A DNA stretch of 64,000 nucleotides from Synechococcales cyanobacterium VAR_4_metabat_354 (GCA_031414775.1 JANOQI010000035.1:1-64000), one strand, 5' to 3'. Counted from the stretch's first letter, positions 12,070-23,303 are shown. Numbers and translations are program-made. The notes: generated by a model from the sequence alone, not told the origin.

Positions 12070-12162
12070 AATTACCTCCTCAAGTTGTCGGTGGCCGTTA
12101 AATAACGTTCTTTATATGATTGTATGCTTTTTGTGAAGAATCACAATGCATGGTTTCTCTAC

Positions 12163-12633
12163 CTAGTAGCGGTAGTGGGCAAAAGCCTTGTTAGCTTCAG
12201 CCATTCTGTGGGTTTCTTCCCGCTTCCGAATGGCACTGCCAGTTTCGTTAGCAGCATCCATTAGTTCGTTGGCAAGTTTGCCAGACATCGATTTGCCAGC
12301 TCTTTGCTTAGCAAAGTTGATGAGCCAACGCATGGCCAAAGCTGTACCCCTTTCAGAACGAACTTCCATTGGTACTTGGTACGTAGCACCGCCCACCCGC
12401 CGGCCTTTAACTTCGACTAAGGGAGTAGCATTACGCACTGCCTTTTCAAAAGTTTCTAGTGGCTCGGTACCAGTGCGCTCTTCAATGAGCTTCATGGCAT
12501 CGTACATGATGTTAAGAGCGATCGACTTTTTGCCGCTTTTCATAATGCGCCGGACCATCATGCTGATCAGGCGACTATTGTAGACGGAGTCCGAAGGGAC
12601 AGGTCTTTTGGGGACTGTGGTGCGACGAGACAT
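12163..12633 (-). CDS. rpsG: 30S ribosomal protein S7
   Basis: [29 protein letters not shown]. Confidence 0.99.
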   Translation of the reverse strand: MSRRTTVPKRPVPSDSVYNSRLISMMVRRIMKSGKKSIALNIMYDAMKLIEERTGTEPLETFEKAVRNATPLVEVKGRRVGGATYQVPMEVRSERGTALAMRWLINFAKQRAGKSMSGKLANELMDAANETGSAIRKREETHRMAEANKAFAHYRY

Positions 12634-12817
12634 ATAGTTAGGCTGGTTTAGCTGAACAAAATTACTACTTAACTAAAGCTGAGTTGGGGATTCAGCTGTA
12701 GATATTAACAATATAAGGGCAATCTTAGAGCTGCCCAAGTTTCTTCAAGACGAAGATAGGAACTCTAAAAACGAGCACCTGTTAACAATGGGACAGCTGG
12801 TTACTAGATTTAGGAGA

Positions 12818-13198
12818 CTACTTAGCAGCCTTCGGTCTTTTAGCGCCATATTTGGAGCGACCTTGCTTGCGATCCTTTACTCCAGAGGTGTCGAGAGTGC
12901 CTCTGATGATGTGATATCTCACCCCAGGCAAGTCTTTGACCCGTCCGCCCCGAATCATTACGACGGAGTGTTCTTGGAGGTTGTGGCCAATACCCGGAAT
13001 GTACGCTGTCACTTCAAATCCTGAAGTCAAGCGTACCCGCGCTACTTTTCGCAAAGCAGAGTTGGGTTTCTTGGGAGTAGTGGTATAGACGCGGGTACAG
13101 ACCCCACGACGCTGTGGGCATTGTTTCAATGCCGGAGACTTTGTTTTTACTTCGTAGTCTTCGCGCGCTTTACGAATCAGTTGTTGGATAGTTGGCAT
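12818..13198 (-). CDS. rpsL: 30S ribosomal protein S12
   Basis: [25 protein letters not shown]. Confidence 0.99.
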   Translation of the reverse strand: MPTIQQLIRKAREDYEVKTKSPALKQCPQRRGVCTRVYTTTPKKPNSALRKVARVRLTSGFEVTAYIPGIGHNLQEHSVVMIRGGRVKDLPGVRYHIIRGTLDTSGVKDRKQGRSKYGAKRPKAAK

Positions 13199-13375
13199 GA
13201 GTTACAGAATTGACAGCTCCAAAGGAGTTTCCAACTGTTGACAAAGTATCAAACTAACAGATAAAAAAGCACCCTGTCAAATCATTCGTGTTATCTCACC
13301 AAAAAAATCATCGAACTGGTTGAATATGTTATGATCAGAACTTTGTGAATAGCGCCAGCAACAGCTGAATAGAAC

Positions 13376-13627
13376 ATGATCAAAATACGTCTGAAGAAAC
13401 AAGGCAAGAAAAGAGAAGCCAGTTATCGGGTAGTTGCTTGTCAAAGCACCTCCCGACGCGATGGTCGGCCATTAGAAGAGTTGGGATTCTATAATCCACG
13501 TACTCATGAGGTTCGCCTAGACGAAGAAGGAATCAAAACTCGCCTTGGTCAAGGTGCTCAGCCTACTGATACCGTCCGCAGATTGCTGGAAAAAGCAAAC
13601 ATTCTTCCTCCCACTGTGCGCGGCTAA
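13376..13627 (+). CDS. rpsP: 30S ribosomal protein S16
   Basis: [31 protein letters not shown]. Confidence 0.97.
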   Translation: MIKIRLKKQGKKREASYRVVACQSTSRRDGRPLEELGFYNPRTHEVRLDEEGIKTRLGQGAQPTDTVRRLLEKANILPPTVRG

Positions 13628-13634
13628 GACTTAA

Positions 13635-14039
13635 ATGACTGAACAATCCCTCAGCCAGAATCCTCAGTATGACAAGTTGGTAGCTTTTTTGCTCCAGCCC
13701 TTGTTGGATGAACCAGAGGAACTGCGAATCAACTGTGAATATCTACCGGCACATTCTCGCGTCTGGGTGAGGATTGCCTTTCAGCCTGCCGACCGCGAGA
13801 AGCTCTTGGATGGTAGTAGCCGCCACTTATACGCAATCAAAACTGTCATATCAGCGGCAGCTAGAATGGCTGGTCAGTCGGTGTATCTAGATATTTATGG
13901 TAGTGAGTCTAGATCTCGTACACCCGGTGAGCGATCGGATCGCCAAAGTCGTAGTGATGACCGTTCTAGTCGTCCATCGCGCGGCAGTACCAGCCCCCCG
14001 CGTCGGGTAGATAGGCCCATCCCAGCTACTGATAAATAA
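13635..14039 (+). CDS. KH-domain RNA-binding protein (KhpA-like), divergent
   Basis: Directly downstream of rpsP; YxxLVxFLLQPLL...VWVRIAF...GQSVYLDIYG pattern of cyanobacterial KH proteins; GxxG loop degenerate. Confidence 0.75.
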   Translation: MTEQSLSQNPQYDKLVAFLLQPLLDEPEELRINCEYLPAHSRVWVRIAFQPADREKLLDGSSRHLYAIKTVISAAARMAGQSVYLDIYGSESRSRTPGERSDRQSRSDDRSSRPSRGSTSPPRRVDRPIPATDK

Positions 14040-15243
14040 TTGGTTTGGCTGTCATCATCCGTTCTAAGCTGATAAAGCCCGGGTGATGATTTTTATGGCT
14101 GGCAATACCCAAGAAAATATGGTTGCCAGTATAGCGCTGAAAACGCGGTGAAGTATTGACATAAACACAGGCGGTTTTAACGGTAGCGGCAAACTGTTGA
14201 GCTTCTACAAACAACTCGGTAATAATGGAGTCGGCATGGCCGCTACTATGCTGATTAATTTGCTGAATCCCAATTTCTAGGTTGTCTACTGACTTGAAGG
14301 CTACGGTTTTATCGAAGGAGGGCTGCGACCAAGATGTTGCTGAGGACAATTGTAAGTAGTCTGGATAATTGTTGACCAAGTGCTCATCTCCTAGTAACTG
14401 GAATCCTTTTTCTTGCAGGCTATTCCAGAGGGCGATAAGGTTAGAGGATTTATGCTCTGGTTGAATTAAGACTTTCTCGATCGCATTAACGGCTTCTGGT
14501 TCACCAGTATGGCTATCGATGATCGCGTTGCGTACCACTTCCCAGGAGCTACTAGCTGACCAGTAGAGATAACAGTTGCCGATCGAGGCTGCAATCACTG
14601 GCACTGAAGCTAGTCTCTCAACCGCTTGAATCAAGTCAGCTTTACCATAGACGATAACTTGGCGGGAGCTGACCAGGGGCGATAGCAAAGCAGGTAGCGG
14701 CAAATCTACTAATTGGCAACTGGCTGGCAAAAGTTTTTGGTTAGCCAGAATAGTTTGAATCACCCCAATGATAATTTGACTGCAATGATAAATCCCCGGA
14801 TCACATTTAACAGTTGCCACATTGCCAGTTTTAAAGCACATCCCCACCGCTAGCAGCAATACTTCTGGAATAGCGTCAATAACTAGGGTGATTTGACCAA
14901 GGGGCGTAAAACGGTAATAGGTAGCAGGAGTGGTGACTGTGGGTACTTGGGGCAGGGGCAGCTCTTGCAGTCTTTCTAGCAAATCGATCGATCGCTTTAG
15001 TCTTTCGGGGGTAAGCTTCCGCCAATTATTGAAGGGTGAGATATTGGTGTTTAAACCAGCTTCTAAGTCTAGGGTATTAGCTTCTAAAATTTCTGGTACC
15101 TGCTGCCGTAAGCCAATTGCAATGGCGGCTAACAAGCGATCTCGTTCTTCGGTGCTCAGCTTACCTAATTGCTGAACAGCTTGCTTGGTATTTTCGGTCA
15201 TCTCATCGAGCCGGACAATTTCTAAATCATTAGTGGTTGTCAT
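14026..15243 (-). CDS. Gamma-glutamyl phosphate reductase (ProA)-like paralogue, probably non-catalytic
   Basis: EILEANTLDLE, LTPERL, NAIEKVL, INQHSSGHADSIITE, VYVNTSPRF; catalytic Cys position reads AVNA. Confidence 0.8.
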   Translation of the reverse strand: MTTTNDLEIVRLDEMTENTKQAVQQLGKLSTEERDRLLAAIAIGLRQQVPEILEANTLDLEAGLNTNISPFNNWRKLTPERLKRSIDLLERLQELPLPQVPTVTTPATYYRFTPLGQITLVIDAIPEVLLLAVGMCFKTGNVATVKCDPGIYHCSQIIIGVIQTILANQKLLPASCQLVDLPLPALLSPLVSSRQVIVYGKADLIQAVERLASVPVIAASIGNCYLYWSASSSWEVVRNAIIDSHTGEPEAVNAIEKVLIQPEHKSSNLIALWNSLQEKGFQLLGDEHLVNNYPDYLQLSSATSWSQPSFDKTVAFKSVDNLEIGIQQINQHSSGHADSIITELFVEAQQFAATVKTACVYVNTSPRFQRYTGNHIFLGIASHKNHHPGFISLERMMTAKPIIYQ

Positions 15244-15303
15244 AGGCTGAACAGTGGGAGAGCATCATCAGGTCGAACAACTAAACATCATACCTAAAAT
15301 GTG

Positions 15304-15663
15304 TCAACGCTCTTGGTTTTCGCCGATCACTGGCGGAGGAACTGGCGGTTCAACTTTGCTAGCAGTCCCGAAATACCAGCTCCCAATGAGAATACAAGCC
15401 AAACTGAATAAAATTGCAGTGTAGAGAGAAAAATTAGCAACGGGTAGAGATTTTGTCGATCGCCAAGTCTGACCATCCCATCGCCAACTGTGGGAGTAAG
15501 GAGTGGAAACCTGTTCTAAGCTGTAGCTGTCGTCACTCAGTACAAAGATCTTGCGGCAACGATCGCAACCCAAAGCTTCCATCAAGACCAACGAATTAAT
15601 CTTGCCCCGACAGCAGGGGCAAGGATATTCTTGCTGTAAGTCAATTTTTTGGGGTTTAGACAC
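15304..15663 (-). CDS. Conserved cyanobacterial hypothetical protein with Zn-ribbon-like Cys pairs and a C-terminal TM helix
   Basis: [15 protein letters not shown]...[17 protein letters not shown], hydrophobic helix; GTG start at 15663 overlapping the rlmN end. Confidence 0.7.
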   Translation of the reverse strand: MSKPQKIDLQQEYPCPCCRGKINSLVLMEALGCDRCRKIFVLSDDSYSLEQVSTPYSHSWRWDGQTWRSTKSLPVANFSLYTAILFSLACILIGSWYFGTASKVEPPVPPPVIGENQER

Positions 15664-16708
15664 GGTTAGGGAGTTGGTGATTATTTGCTGCTTTCTTGGT
15701 TGCTCGCAATTGACCACAGGCCGCATCGGCTTCCAGACCTTTGGAATACCGCACGCTCACGGCAATGTGCTGCTGCTCTAACACTTGCACGAATTTTTGA
15801 ATGCGTTGTCGATCGGGTCTTTGATAATCGGCATCATCGATCGGATTGTACGGGATTAAATTAACATGGGACTGGAAACCCCGTAAATGTTTAGACAATT
15901 CCAGCGCTAACTCCGGCTGATCGTTCACATCGGCCAGCAAAATATATTCAAAGCTCAGCCGTCGCCCAGTAATTTCTACATAATCGCGACAGTCAGACAA
16001 CAACTCGGCCAGGGGATAGTTAGTCGCGGTTGGAATCAGGTACTCTCGTAATCTTTGATTAGGCGCGTGGAGGCTCACGGCCAGGGTGATTTGTAAATTA
16101 TGTCCAGCTAGTTCCTGAATTTTGCCCGGAATGCCCACGGTGGAGAGGGTGATTGATCGCTGACCAATGCCCACATCTTGGTTCAGACAATTTACGGCGG
16201 CTAGTACATTATCCATATTGGCCAAGGGTTCCCCCATGCCCATTAGCACCACATGGCTAACCCGTTCGCCAAAATCGGACTGGACGGTCAAGACCTGATC
16301 AACAATTTCATGGATGTGCAGATGGCGCGTAAAACCTCCTTTGCCGGTGGCACAAAAGTTACAGGCCATCGCGCAGCCTACTTGGGAAGAGACACAGACT
16401 GTCAAACGTTGGCCAGAGGGAATCCCGACGGTTTCCACAATTTGGCCATCGGCCAGTTGTAGTAAGTATTTGACCGTGCCATCAGGAGCCGCCGATCGCT
16501 GATGAATGCTCGATCGACCGACATTTACATCTTGGACTTCGGCACGCCATTGTTTAGAAAAGACCGTGATGTCTTGCAGGGAACGTGCCCCCTTTTGATA
16601 CAGCCACTGATGCAGTTGCTTGCCCCGATAGGCAGGTTGACCTTTTTCCTGAATCCAATGGGTTAACGCTGCTAAATCCATGCCTAAGAGGGCAGTAGCT
16701 AATGTCAT
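15656..16708 (-). CDS. rlmN: Dual-specificity 23S rRNA/tRNA m2A methyltransferase (radical SAM)
   Basis: [42 protein letters not shown]. Confidence 0.96.
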   Translation of the reverse strand: MTLATALLGMDLAALTHWIQEKGQPAYRGKQLHQWLYQKGARSLQDITVFSKQWRAEVQDVNVGRSSIHQRSAAPDGTVKYLLQLADGQIVETVGIPSGQRLTVCVSSQVGCAMACNFCATGKGGFTRHLHIHEIVDQVLTVQSDFGERVSHVVLMGMGEPLANMDNVLAAVNCLNQDVGIGQRSITLSTVGIPGKIQELAGHNLQITLAVSLHAPNQRLREYLIPTATNYPLAELLSDCRDYVEITGRRLSFEYILLADVNDQPELALELSKHLRGFQSHVNLIPYNPIDDADYQRPDRQRIQKFVQVLEQQHIAVSVRYSKGLEADAACGQLRATKKAANNHQLPNRV

Positions 16709-16784
16709 AGGTTGTTTCGGGATAATCGATGGGCTGGGCTGTTAGATATATCATAGGGTTATTCGCCCAGCCGATTTCTTAAAA

Positions 16785-17615
16785 ATGCTGCATAATTACC
16801 TGCTCTTTGCCTCTCCCGGGCCAAATATCTTTCAGATTGGTAGCTTTACGCTCCGTTGGTATGGATTGTTAATTGCCTCGGCGGTGTTGATTGGGGTAAA
16901 CCTTTCCATTTACCTAGCGAAAAAACGTCAAATCAGCGGCGAATTAATTGGCGACTTGTCGATTTGGCTAGTGTTAGCAGCCATTCCTTGCGCCCGCATC
17001 TACTATGTATTATTCAAGTGGGATTACTATAGCCAACATCCTCAAGAAATTATTGCTATTTGGCAAGGGGGCATTGCAATTTTTGGTGCCATTATTGGTG
17101 GTACTTTAGCCACCATAATTTTTGCCAAAATCAAGCAGGTCAAGTTTTGGGATTTAGCCGATGTGGTTGCACCCTCATTAGTTTTGGGGCAAGCCATTGG
17201 TCGTTGGGGCAATTTCTTTAATTCTGAAGCTTTTGGCGGAAAGATCGATCCTAGTTCGCCCTGGCGACTTTATATCCCCTCCAATCGTCGCCCAGAAGGA
17301 TTGGTTGATAACGAATACTTTCATCCCACATTTTTGTATGAATCACTGTGGGATTTAGGCATATTTGGCCTCTTAATGCTGTTATTTAACCGCAGCCTTA
17401 AATCGCGCCAGCCCCTCAAAAATGGCAGCCTGTTTATGATTTACCTCATTACTTACGGTTTGGGACGATTTTGGATTGAAGGTTTCCGCACGGATAGCTT
17501 AATGCTGGGTAGTTTTCGGATCTCCCAGGTGGTTAGTTTGGTGGGCATCGGCATTGGGGTGGTCGGACTACTATTACTGTACCGACGGCGATTGCGCGTT
17601 TCTGTAGATAATTAG
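16785..17615 (+). CDS. lgt: Prolipoprotein diacylglyceryl transferase
   Basis: [35 protein letters not shown]. Confidence 0.96.
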   Translation: MLHNYLLFASPGPNIFQIGSFTLRWYGLLIASAVLIGVNLSIYLAKKRQISGELIGDLSIWLVLAAIPCARIYYVLFKWDYYSQHPQEIIAIWQGGIAIFGAIIGGTLATIIFAKIKQVKFWDLADVVAPSLVLGQAIGRWGNFFNSEAFGGKIDPSSPWRLYIPSNRRPEGLVDNEYFHPTFLYESLWDLGIFGLLMLLFNRSLKSRQPLKNGSLFMIYLITYGLGRFWIEGFRTDSLMLGSFRISQVVSLVGIGIGVVGLLLLYRRRLRVSVDN

Positions 17616-18382
17616 TGAAAAAAATGGCGCAGGTCTACTTTATTGGGGCTGGTCCTGGCGATCCAGATCTTTTGACCATCAAAGCCCAGCGACTGATCAC
17701 CCAGGCTGATGTGCTGGTCTATGCTGATTCTTTGATTCCCGCCGAGATGTTGCGCGATCGGAAGCCCAGCGCTGAAGTGATTGCCACCAGCAGCAAAACC
17801 TTAGAAGAAATTGTGCCCTTGATGATCGATCGAGTGCGATCAGGCAAAATGGTTGTGCGGTTGCATTCCGGTGATTTAACGCTCTACAGTGCGATCACCG
17901 AGCAGATGCAAGGATTAAGCGTAGCCAAGATCACCTATGAATTAATTCCTGGAATTAGCGCCTACCAAGCAGCAGCGGCTAGGCTACAAGTGGAATTAAC
18001 AGTACCAGAGCTAGTCCAAACCATTATTTTGACCCGTGCCCAGGGCAGAGCCTCAGCGATGCCCAATCCCGAAAATTTGGCCAGCTTGGCCGCCCACCAA
18101 TCCAGTCTTTGTCTATATTTGGCTGCCAAACAGGTGAAAGTTGCCCAAGACCAGCTCCTAGAGCATTATGCTGCTGATACCCCAGTGGCCATTTGTTGGC
18201 GGGTAAGTTGGCCAGAGGAAAAAATTTTGGTGGTACCGCTGACGGAAATGGCGGCGACTACTGAGCGCGAGCAATTACTGCGCACCACCATGTACATCAT
18301 CAGTTCAGCTTTGGGTGAAATTAGGGAGTATCGATCGCGTCTCTATGACCCCGCCCACGCCCATTTATTTCGGCAAAACTAA
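17615..18382 (+). CDS. cobM: Precorrin-4 C11-methyltransferase
   Basis: FIGAGPGDPDLLT, RLHSGD, ELTVPELVQTIILTR, SRLY; GTG overlaps lgt stop. Confidence 0.93.
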   Translation: MKKMAQVYFIGAGPGDPDLLTIKAQRLITQADVLVYADSLIPAEMLRDRKPSAEVIATSSKTLEEIVPLMIDRVRSGKMVVRLHSGDLTLYSAITEQMQGLSVAKITYELIPGISAYQAAAARLQVELTVPELVQTIILTRAQGRASAMPNPENLASLAAHQSSLCLYLAAKQVKVAQDQLLEHYAADTPVAICWRVSWPEEKILVVPLTEMAATTEREQLLRTTMYIISSALGEIREYRSRLYDPAHAHLFRQN

Positions 18383-18506
18383 GTAAATACGGGAAACTGC
18401 ACTAGTAGTTGCCCAAGAAAAGATGTTAGATCTTTAGTTAAGCTACATCACCAGTGGGTCTGGATAGCAGTTCAGCCAAGCTAAAATCGAAGAGGAGTTA
18501 TTCACG

Positions 18507-19394
18507 ATGCAATCCCCATTTATGTTGCGAAAATTAATCATTATTTTTATGGCGCTCAGCCTCTCCTTTTCCACAGTAGCTTGTGGTTCTAAGGAAGAAA
18601 CAAAAGCACCCACCAATAACAATAATCCAGCTTTGACTACCACCAAAAATGCTGGCACCAAGTTGGCTGACGGCAAATATCCGGTGCAACAAGCTACCTA
18701 TGATGATGGTAATGGGGAATACTCCGTAATGTTGTTAAATACCCCGGCAGGCACCCCACCGCTATTTCGGAATACGAACCTCCAGATGGCTCAGCTAACT
18801 GATGAAGAGGTGAAAGCCAATGAAAAGGCTTATCTCAAAACCGAAAACGGTCAAGCCTCGTTGCACATTCCGGCTGACTTCAAAATTGAGTACATTCGTA
18901 ATGTCACCAAAGAGCAAACTAATCCCCAAACTGGCCAACAGGAGAAAGTTGTAGTTCGAGAAGGTGGTGGCGGTAGTTTCTGGTCGCCATTTGCGGGCGC
19001 GATCGCTGGTCAACTGGTGGGTAATATGTTGTTTAGACCGCAGCACTATATGCCACCAATGTACCAACCTGGTATGCAGAACATGACTGGCTTTGGCGGT
19101 TATGGCAATACTTACGATCGAGCAGTGGGTAATTATCAAGAACGCTATCGGCAAGAGCCAGCAGCCGTACGCAATCGCACCACGCTTAGAACAACTGGTC
19201 GTTTGAACAACAGTGGTTTTGGTAGTAGACCAGCGCCCCAAGTTCGGACTGATGCGAATCGATCGAGTGGTTCTGGTTTTGGCACGAGTCGCTTACGAAC
19301 TTCTGATAATTATCGGCCACGCGCTGGCGGCAGCGGTTTTGGCAGTTCTGGTGCTCGTCGGAGCAGCAGTGGTTTTGGCAGTCGTCGGCGCTAG
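18507..19394 (+). CDS. Conserved cyanobacterial lipoprotein with Gly/Ser/Arg-rich C-terminal repeats
   Basis: Signal peptide with lipobox TVAC; YPVQQATYDD, SFWSPFAGA motifs; repeated SGFG units at C-terminus. Confidence 0.8.
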   Translation: MQSPFMLRKLIIIFMALSLSFSTVACGSKEETKAPTNNNNPALTTTKNAGTKLADGKYPVQQATYDDGNGEYSVMLLNTPAGTPPLFRNTNLQMAQLTDEEVKANEKAYLKTENGQASLHIPADFKIEYIRNVTKEQTNPQTGQQEKVVVREGGGGSFWSPFAGAIAGQLVGNMLFRPQHYMPPMYQPGMQNMTGFGGYGNTYDRAVGNYQERYRQEPAAVRNRTTLRTTGRLNNSGFGSRPAPQVRTDANRSSGSGFGTSRLRTSDNYRPRAGGSGFGSSGARRSSSGFGSRRR

Positions 19395-19537
19395 ATTTCG
19401 GGCAGTGGCTTTCTGTAAGGAAAGTCACTGAGCCGATGGCGATTAGTGATGGTTTTGGCTTCGGTCACGCCTCACTAATAGCACCGACGTTTTAATCCGT
19501 ATCGTCAGACCATCGTAAGTTTGAAGCACTGATTTAC

Positions 19538-20719
19538 TCAGCTAACTTTCAGCCGGAACCACAAAAACTGAGTGATTTCTAGCCGATTAAAATTGTTATC
19601 ACTCACCAGCAATAAACTCTGACTACCATCAGGCAACTTTGGTCCGATCGACATTCCCTCAATGTTGTCCAGCTTGATTTTCAGGCTATCTAGATTTAAG
19701 ACCAATTTCTTTTTGATATTGACCGCATCACTGCCGATTAAACTCTTTACACTACTAACATCTGTGGCATTGCTAGTAGCTGCCTGAAAAATTTTCACCT
19801 TAAAACCCATCAAACTCAACGACCTTTCCAAAGCCAAAAAGTTACCATTGTTGTCTAGGGCTTGCACTTCCGATAGACCATGAGCAAGTGCTCCTGATGG
19901 CGGTGCTTCTAATTGGTAAGTATAATCGGCCAGCGGCGTAGTATTTTCACTGACCAAATAATGCAGCCAACGAATTTTGCTCGGAGGGGCAGGCCGGTCT
20001 TTGTTTACTGGCTCCTGATCCTGAATTAATGGTGCTTCGGTAGCCGCAAATAGATTCAATTGTTCGCCACCGGTGCCATAGGGAGCCAAGGCCAATGATT
20101 CAAAGGCCAAGTTATTTTGCATTCCCCGCAGATTTTCTGCATCGGGTAGATATCTTTCTGGCAAACGCAATTGGCGCTGAAACTGGCCAGTCTTAAGATC
20201 GAACTCGGCAATCATCGGTGGAATGCCCTGATTCCGATCGCCTTCACTGCTGATGAATATCCGGTTTTTCGGAGCAAGAGCGATCGCCTCTGGATCGATG
20301 CTGCCGCTCGGATAAGTTTTGCCATCGGCATTTTTCAGCGTTGTCATACTCAGAATTTTGACTTTCTGGAGACGTGATTTTGGATCTAGAGCCAGCTGTA
20401 AGGTGTAAAAACGAGCTGGTCCTTGCACACTTCGATCGTCAGACACTGCATAAAAAACATTGCGCTGCCTGTCGAATGTCAGTCCAGACAAACCACCCAC
20501 TGGCACATTATCTATTTTGGTGCTGTTCGGTAAGCGGTATTCGCCCAAAAACTCCAAGGAAGCATTCAGCGGCGGTCGCGGTGCCGCCAAAGGAGCAGGA
20601 CTACAACTAGTCAAAAATACATAGATGGCTACCACACACATGGTTACACCCAAGGCGATCGTCACGCTCAGAACTTTGGCACCAATCGGCTTGGGGTTTT
20701 TCATCGCAGTTAACGGCAT
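19538..20719 (-). CDS. Esterase-like activity of phytase family protein (secreted beta-propeller)
   Basis: GGLSG, FYAVSDDRS, DPEAI, ISSEG, NNLAFESL, LALER, DNIEGM, VSDNNF. Confidence 0.88.
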   Translation of the reverse strand: MPLTAMKNPKPIGAKVLSVTIALGVTMCVVAIYVFLTSCSPAPLAAPRPPLNASLEFLGEYRLPNSTKIDNVPVGGLSGLTFDRQRNVFYAVSDDRSVQGPARFYTLQLALDPKSRLQKVKILSMTTLKNADGKTYPSGSIDPEAIALAPKNRIFISSEGDRNQGIPPMIAEFDLKTGQFQRQLRLPERYLPDAENLRGMQNNLAFESLALAPYGTGGEQLNLFAATEAPLIQDQEPVNKDRPAPPSKIRWLHYLVSENTTPLADYTYQLEAPPSGALAHGLSEVQALDNNGNFLALERSLSLMGFKVKIFQAATSNATDVSSVKSLIGSDAVNIKKKLVLNLDSLKIKLDNIEGMSIGPKLPDGSQSLLLVSDNNFNRLEITQFLWFRLKVS

Positions 20720-20758
20720 TAGAACATCAGCAGCGTAGCATTATCTAGACAATTGGTC

Positions 20759-21484
20759 TTACCAAATTCCAATCTGTAATTCCTGATTGTAAAATCTGAT
20801 GGCACCAGCTGTACTGCGTAGCGGCTTCCCAATCCACAGCGGAATTCGATACTTACGCAAAATACGAGTTCCTGCGGGCACGCCACTTTCAAATGTATCT
20901 GGGCGCTCAGCTGGCGTTTGCTCAATAGCCGCTGGAGCTGTCGCTACGGTGGTAGCTCCAGCCAGATTAATCTTGATTGTCCCCTTGAAAATATTGCTAT
21001 TCGCCGCATCATAGATAGAATTATTGGCTTTGAGATTATACAGATTGGCTCCCACAAAGCTAGATTTAGTGATCTTTGCTCCCATCAAATTTGCCCCCAT
21101 CAAGTTCGCTGCTTGCAGATCGGTTTTGTTCAGGAGGGCATTATTAAGCTGAGCCAGCGCCAAGTTAGCATAAACCAAACTCGCCTCGTTGAGAGTCGAT
21201 TTTTGGAGGTTGGCACCTACCAGGTTGCTGCCAGCCAGCGAAGTCCGAGTCAGGTCGGCACCACTTAAGTCTGCCCCGGTCAAATTAGCGGCATTTAAAT
21301 TGGCACCTTGGAGCTTAGCTCCTGTCAAAACAGAACCAATTAAGTCAGCACCGCTCAAATCACAGTTATTACATTCTTTGGTTTTTAAAAGTCGGGTGAC
21401 GTGTTCAGGATTAGCCGCCTGAGACACGTTAGCGATCAGCAAGGGCGTGATGGCGGCTAAAAGGCAGGAAATTTTTAAACGCAT
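20759..21484 (-). CDS. Pentapeptide repeat protein with signal peptide
   Basis: AANPEHVTRLLKTKECNNCDL followed by A(D/N)LxG repeats. Confidence 0.9.
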   Translation of the reverse strand: MRLKISCLLAAITPLLIANVSQAANPEHVTRLLKTKECNNCDLSGADLIGSVLTGAKLQGANLNAANLTGADLSGADLTRTSLAGSNLVGANLQKSTLNEASLVYANLALAQLNNALLNKTDLQAANLMGANLMGAKITKSSFVGANLYNLKANNSIYDAANSNIFKGTIKINLAGATTVATAPAAIEQTPAERPDTFESGVPAGTRILRKYRIPLWIGKPLRSTAGAIRFYNQELQIGIW

Positions 21485-21623
21485 ATTGTTGAGGTTCGGC
21501 AAAGAAAAGAATCATAAGGATCGAACTAAATACTTAGGGAGCAGTTCCAACATTTTACTTACATACAACATAGAACCATCAGGAGACTGCTTTGTTTCAT
21601 AAATGGCACAAGTTTAAGTTTAT

Positions 21624-23303
21624 TTACTTAAAGCTATAAATGACTTGAGTAGTCAATGGTTGACTGAGAGCAGTGGATAAATCGGTCAACGACAGTTGTT
21701 GTCGATCGATCTGCATTTGCAAGCTGGTTAGTGGATCAGAGCCATTAGCCAGCAAAAATTCTAAGCTCTCCACCTGTGGCCAGGTGGCAATTTCTTGCAA
21801 AATATGACTCATGGCTTGGAAGTAAGGATGCTGTTGATCGGCAAACCATTGATCGATCGCCTGTTGGGGCTGATCAAAGCCCAAATGTACAATAGTATGA
21901 GCATTGCTAAACAGAGCCGTACCGACGGGTCTGGCCTCTTCGCGTAATAAAAAATGTTGAGAGCCAGCCAAATAACGCATCTTCTCCAGAAATTCATAGC
22001 GAGTGCTGACATCCAGCTGATCGTCTTTCCACTGAATGGCCAGCACCAGCAAGTAAGTCTGGAGCAGCATGTGACCGAGTTTTTCAGCCTTGGTAGATAG
22101 ATAAAAGGTGTTAAAGTCGTTGACCTCAATAAACAACGGTACTCGTGCTGCAATTTCAATACCGTAGCCTTTTAAACCAGCAATTTTACGCGGATTATTA
22201 GTAATCAGCCGAATTTTGCGGATGCCCAAATCATTTAAAATTTGAGCACCCACGCCATAGTCTCGTAAATCGGCGGGAAAACCTAGTTTCTCGTTGGCCT
22301 CGACGGTATCAAACCCCAAATCTTGGAGCGAGTAAGCCTTTAGCTTATTAACCAAACCAATACCGCGCCCTTCTTGACGCAGATAAACTACTACCCCCGC
22401 TCCAGCATTTTCAATCATCTTCAGAGCGGCTTGCAGCTGCATCCGACAGTCACAGCGCAAGGAACCAAGAGCATCGCCAGTCAGGCATTCGGAGTGCATC
22501 CGCACCATTACGGGCTGTCCCTGAAAATCAGCGGGGTCGCCTTTTACCACAGCCACATGCTCAGAATTATCTTGTAGGTTCCGATATCCATAAATATGGA
22601 ATTGACCAAACTGAGTGGGCAGCTTAGTCACAGTCTCGCGGTGGACGAATCGATCAAACTCCAATCGATAGCTAATCAGGTCGGCAATGTTAATGATTTT
22701 GAGCTGATGGACAGCTGCATATTCAATCAGTTCTGGCAGTCTGGCCATCGAGCCGTTGGCATTTTGAATTTCACAAATTACTCCTGCCGGATATAGCCCG
22801 GCCAGTCGGGATAAATCAACCGCTGCTTCTGTATGTCCAGCCCGTTTCAGCACCCCGCCTTCCCGCACTCGCAGCGGAAAAATATGGCCAGGCCGCCGGA
22901 GATCTTCTGATTGGGTCTGGGGTGAAATCACTGCCTGAATAGTCCGAGCGCGGTCTTCCGCCGAAATACCGGTGCTGACCCCCAGGGATGGATTGGCATC
23001 AATACTAACGGTGAAAGCGGTTTGGTTGCTATCAGTATTGTTCGTGACCATTAAAGGTAGATCTAGCTGATCGAGACGTTCGCCGGTCATGGCGATGCAG
23101 ATTAAGCCCCGCGCATGGACAGCCATAAAGTTAATGGCATCAGCAGTGGCAAACTGCGCGGCACAAATCAAGTCTCCTTCATTTTCTCGGGATTCATCAT
23201 CTACTACTACAATCATCTTCCCGGCTCGGATATCGGCTAGTGCATCATCGATCGAGTCGAATTTGAAGTTATCGGCGGGAATGGCAGAAGAGTTAGTGAT
23301 CAC
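21624..23303 (-). CDS. ribBA: Bifunctional 3,4-dihydroxy-2-butanone-4-phosphate synthase / GTP cyclohydrolase II
   Basis: [48 protein letters not shown]; probable GTG start 23303 (ORF-track extension runs into the argC intergenic region). Confidence 0.95.
   Translation of the reverse strand: MITNSSAIPADNFKFDSIDDALADIRAGKMIVVVDDESRENEGDLICAAQFATADAINFMAVHARGLICIAMTGERLDQLDLPLMVTNNTDSNQTAFTVSIDANPSLGVSTGISAEDRARTIQAVISPQTQSEDLRRPGHIFPLRVREGGVLKRAGHTEAAVDLSRLAGLYPAGVICEIQNANGSMARLPELIEYAAVHQLKIINIADLISYRLEFDRFVHRETVTKLPTQFGQFHIYGYRNLQDNSEHVAVVKGDPADFQGQPVMVRMHSECLTGDALGSLRCDCRMQLQAALKMIENAGAGVVVYLRQEGRGIGLVNKLKAYSLQDLGFDTVEANEKLGFPADLRDYGVGAQILNDLGIRKIRLITNNPRKIAGLKGYGIEIAARVPLFIEVNDFNTFYLSTKAEKLGHMLLQTYLLVLAIQWKDDQLDVSTRYEFLEKMRYLAGSQHFLLREEARPVGTALFSNAHTIVHLGFDQPQQAIDQWFADQQHPYFQAMSHILQEIATWPQVESLEFLLANGSDPLTSLQMQIDRQQLSLTDLSTALSQPLTTQVIYSFK

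Noticed and set aside
8689..13024. Many plus-strand ORFs antisense to tuf, fusA, rpsG and rpsL
   Set aside because: Expected shadows of strongly biased codon usage; no recognisable motifs
12818..13198. Possible streptomycin-resistance alleles in rpsL
   Set aside because: PKKPNSA and GGRVKDLPG are wild type
20759..21484. Periodic DNA pattern
   Set aside because: Fully explained by pentapeptide-repeat coding
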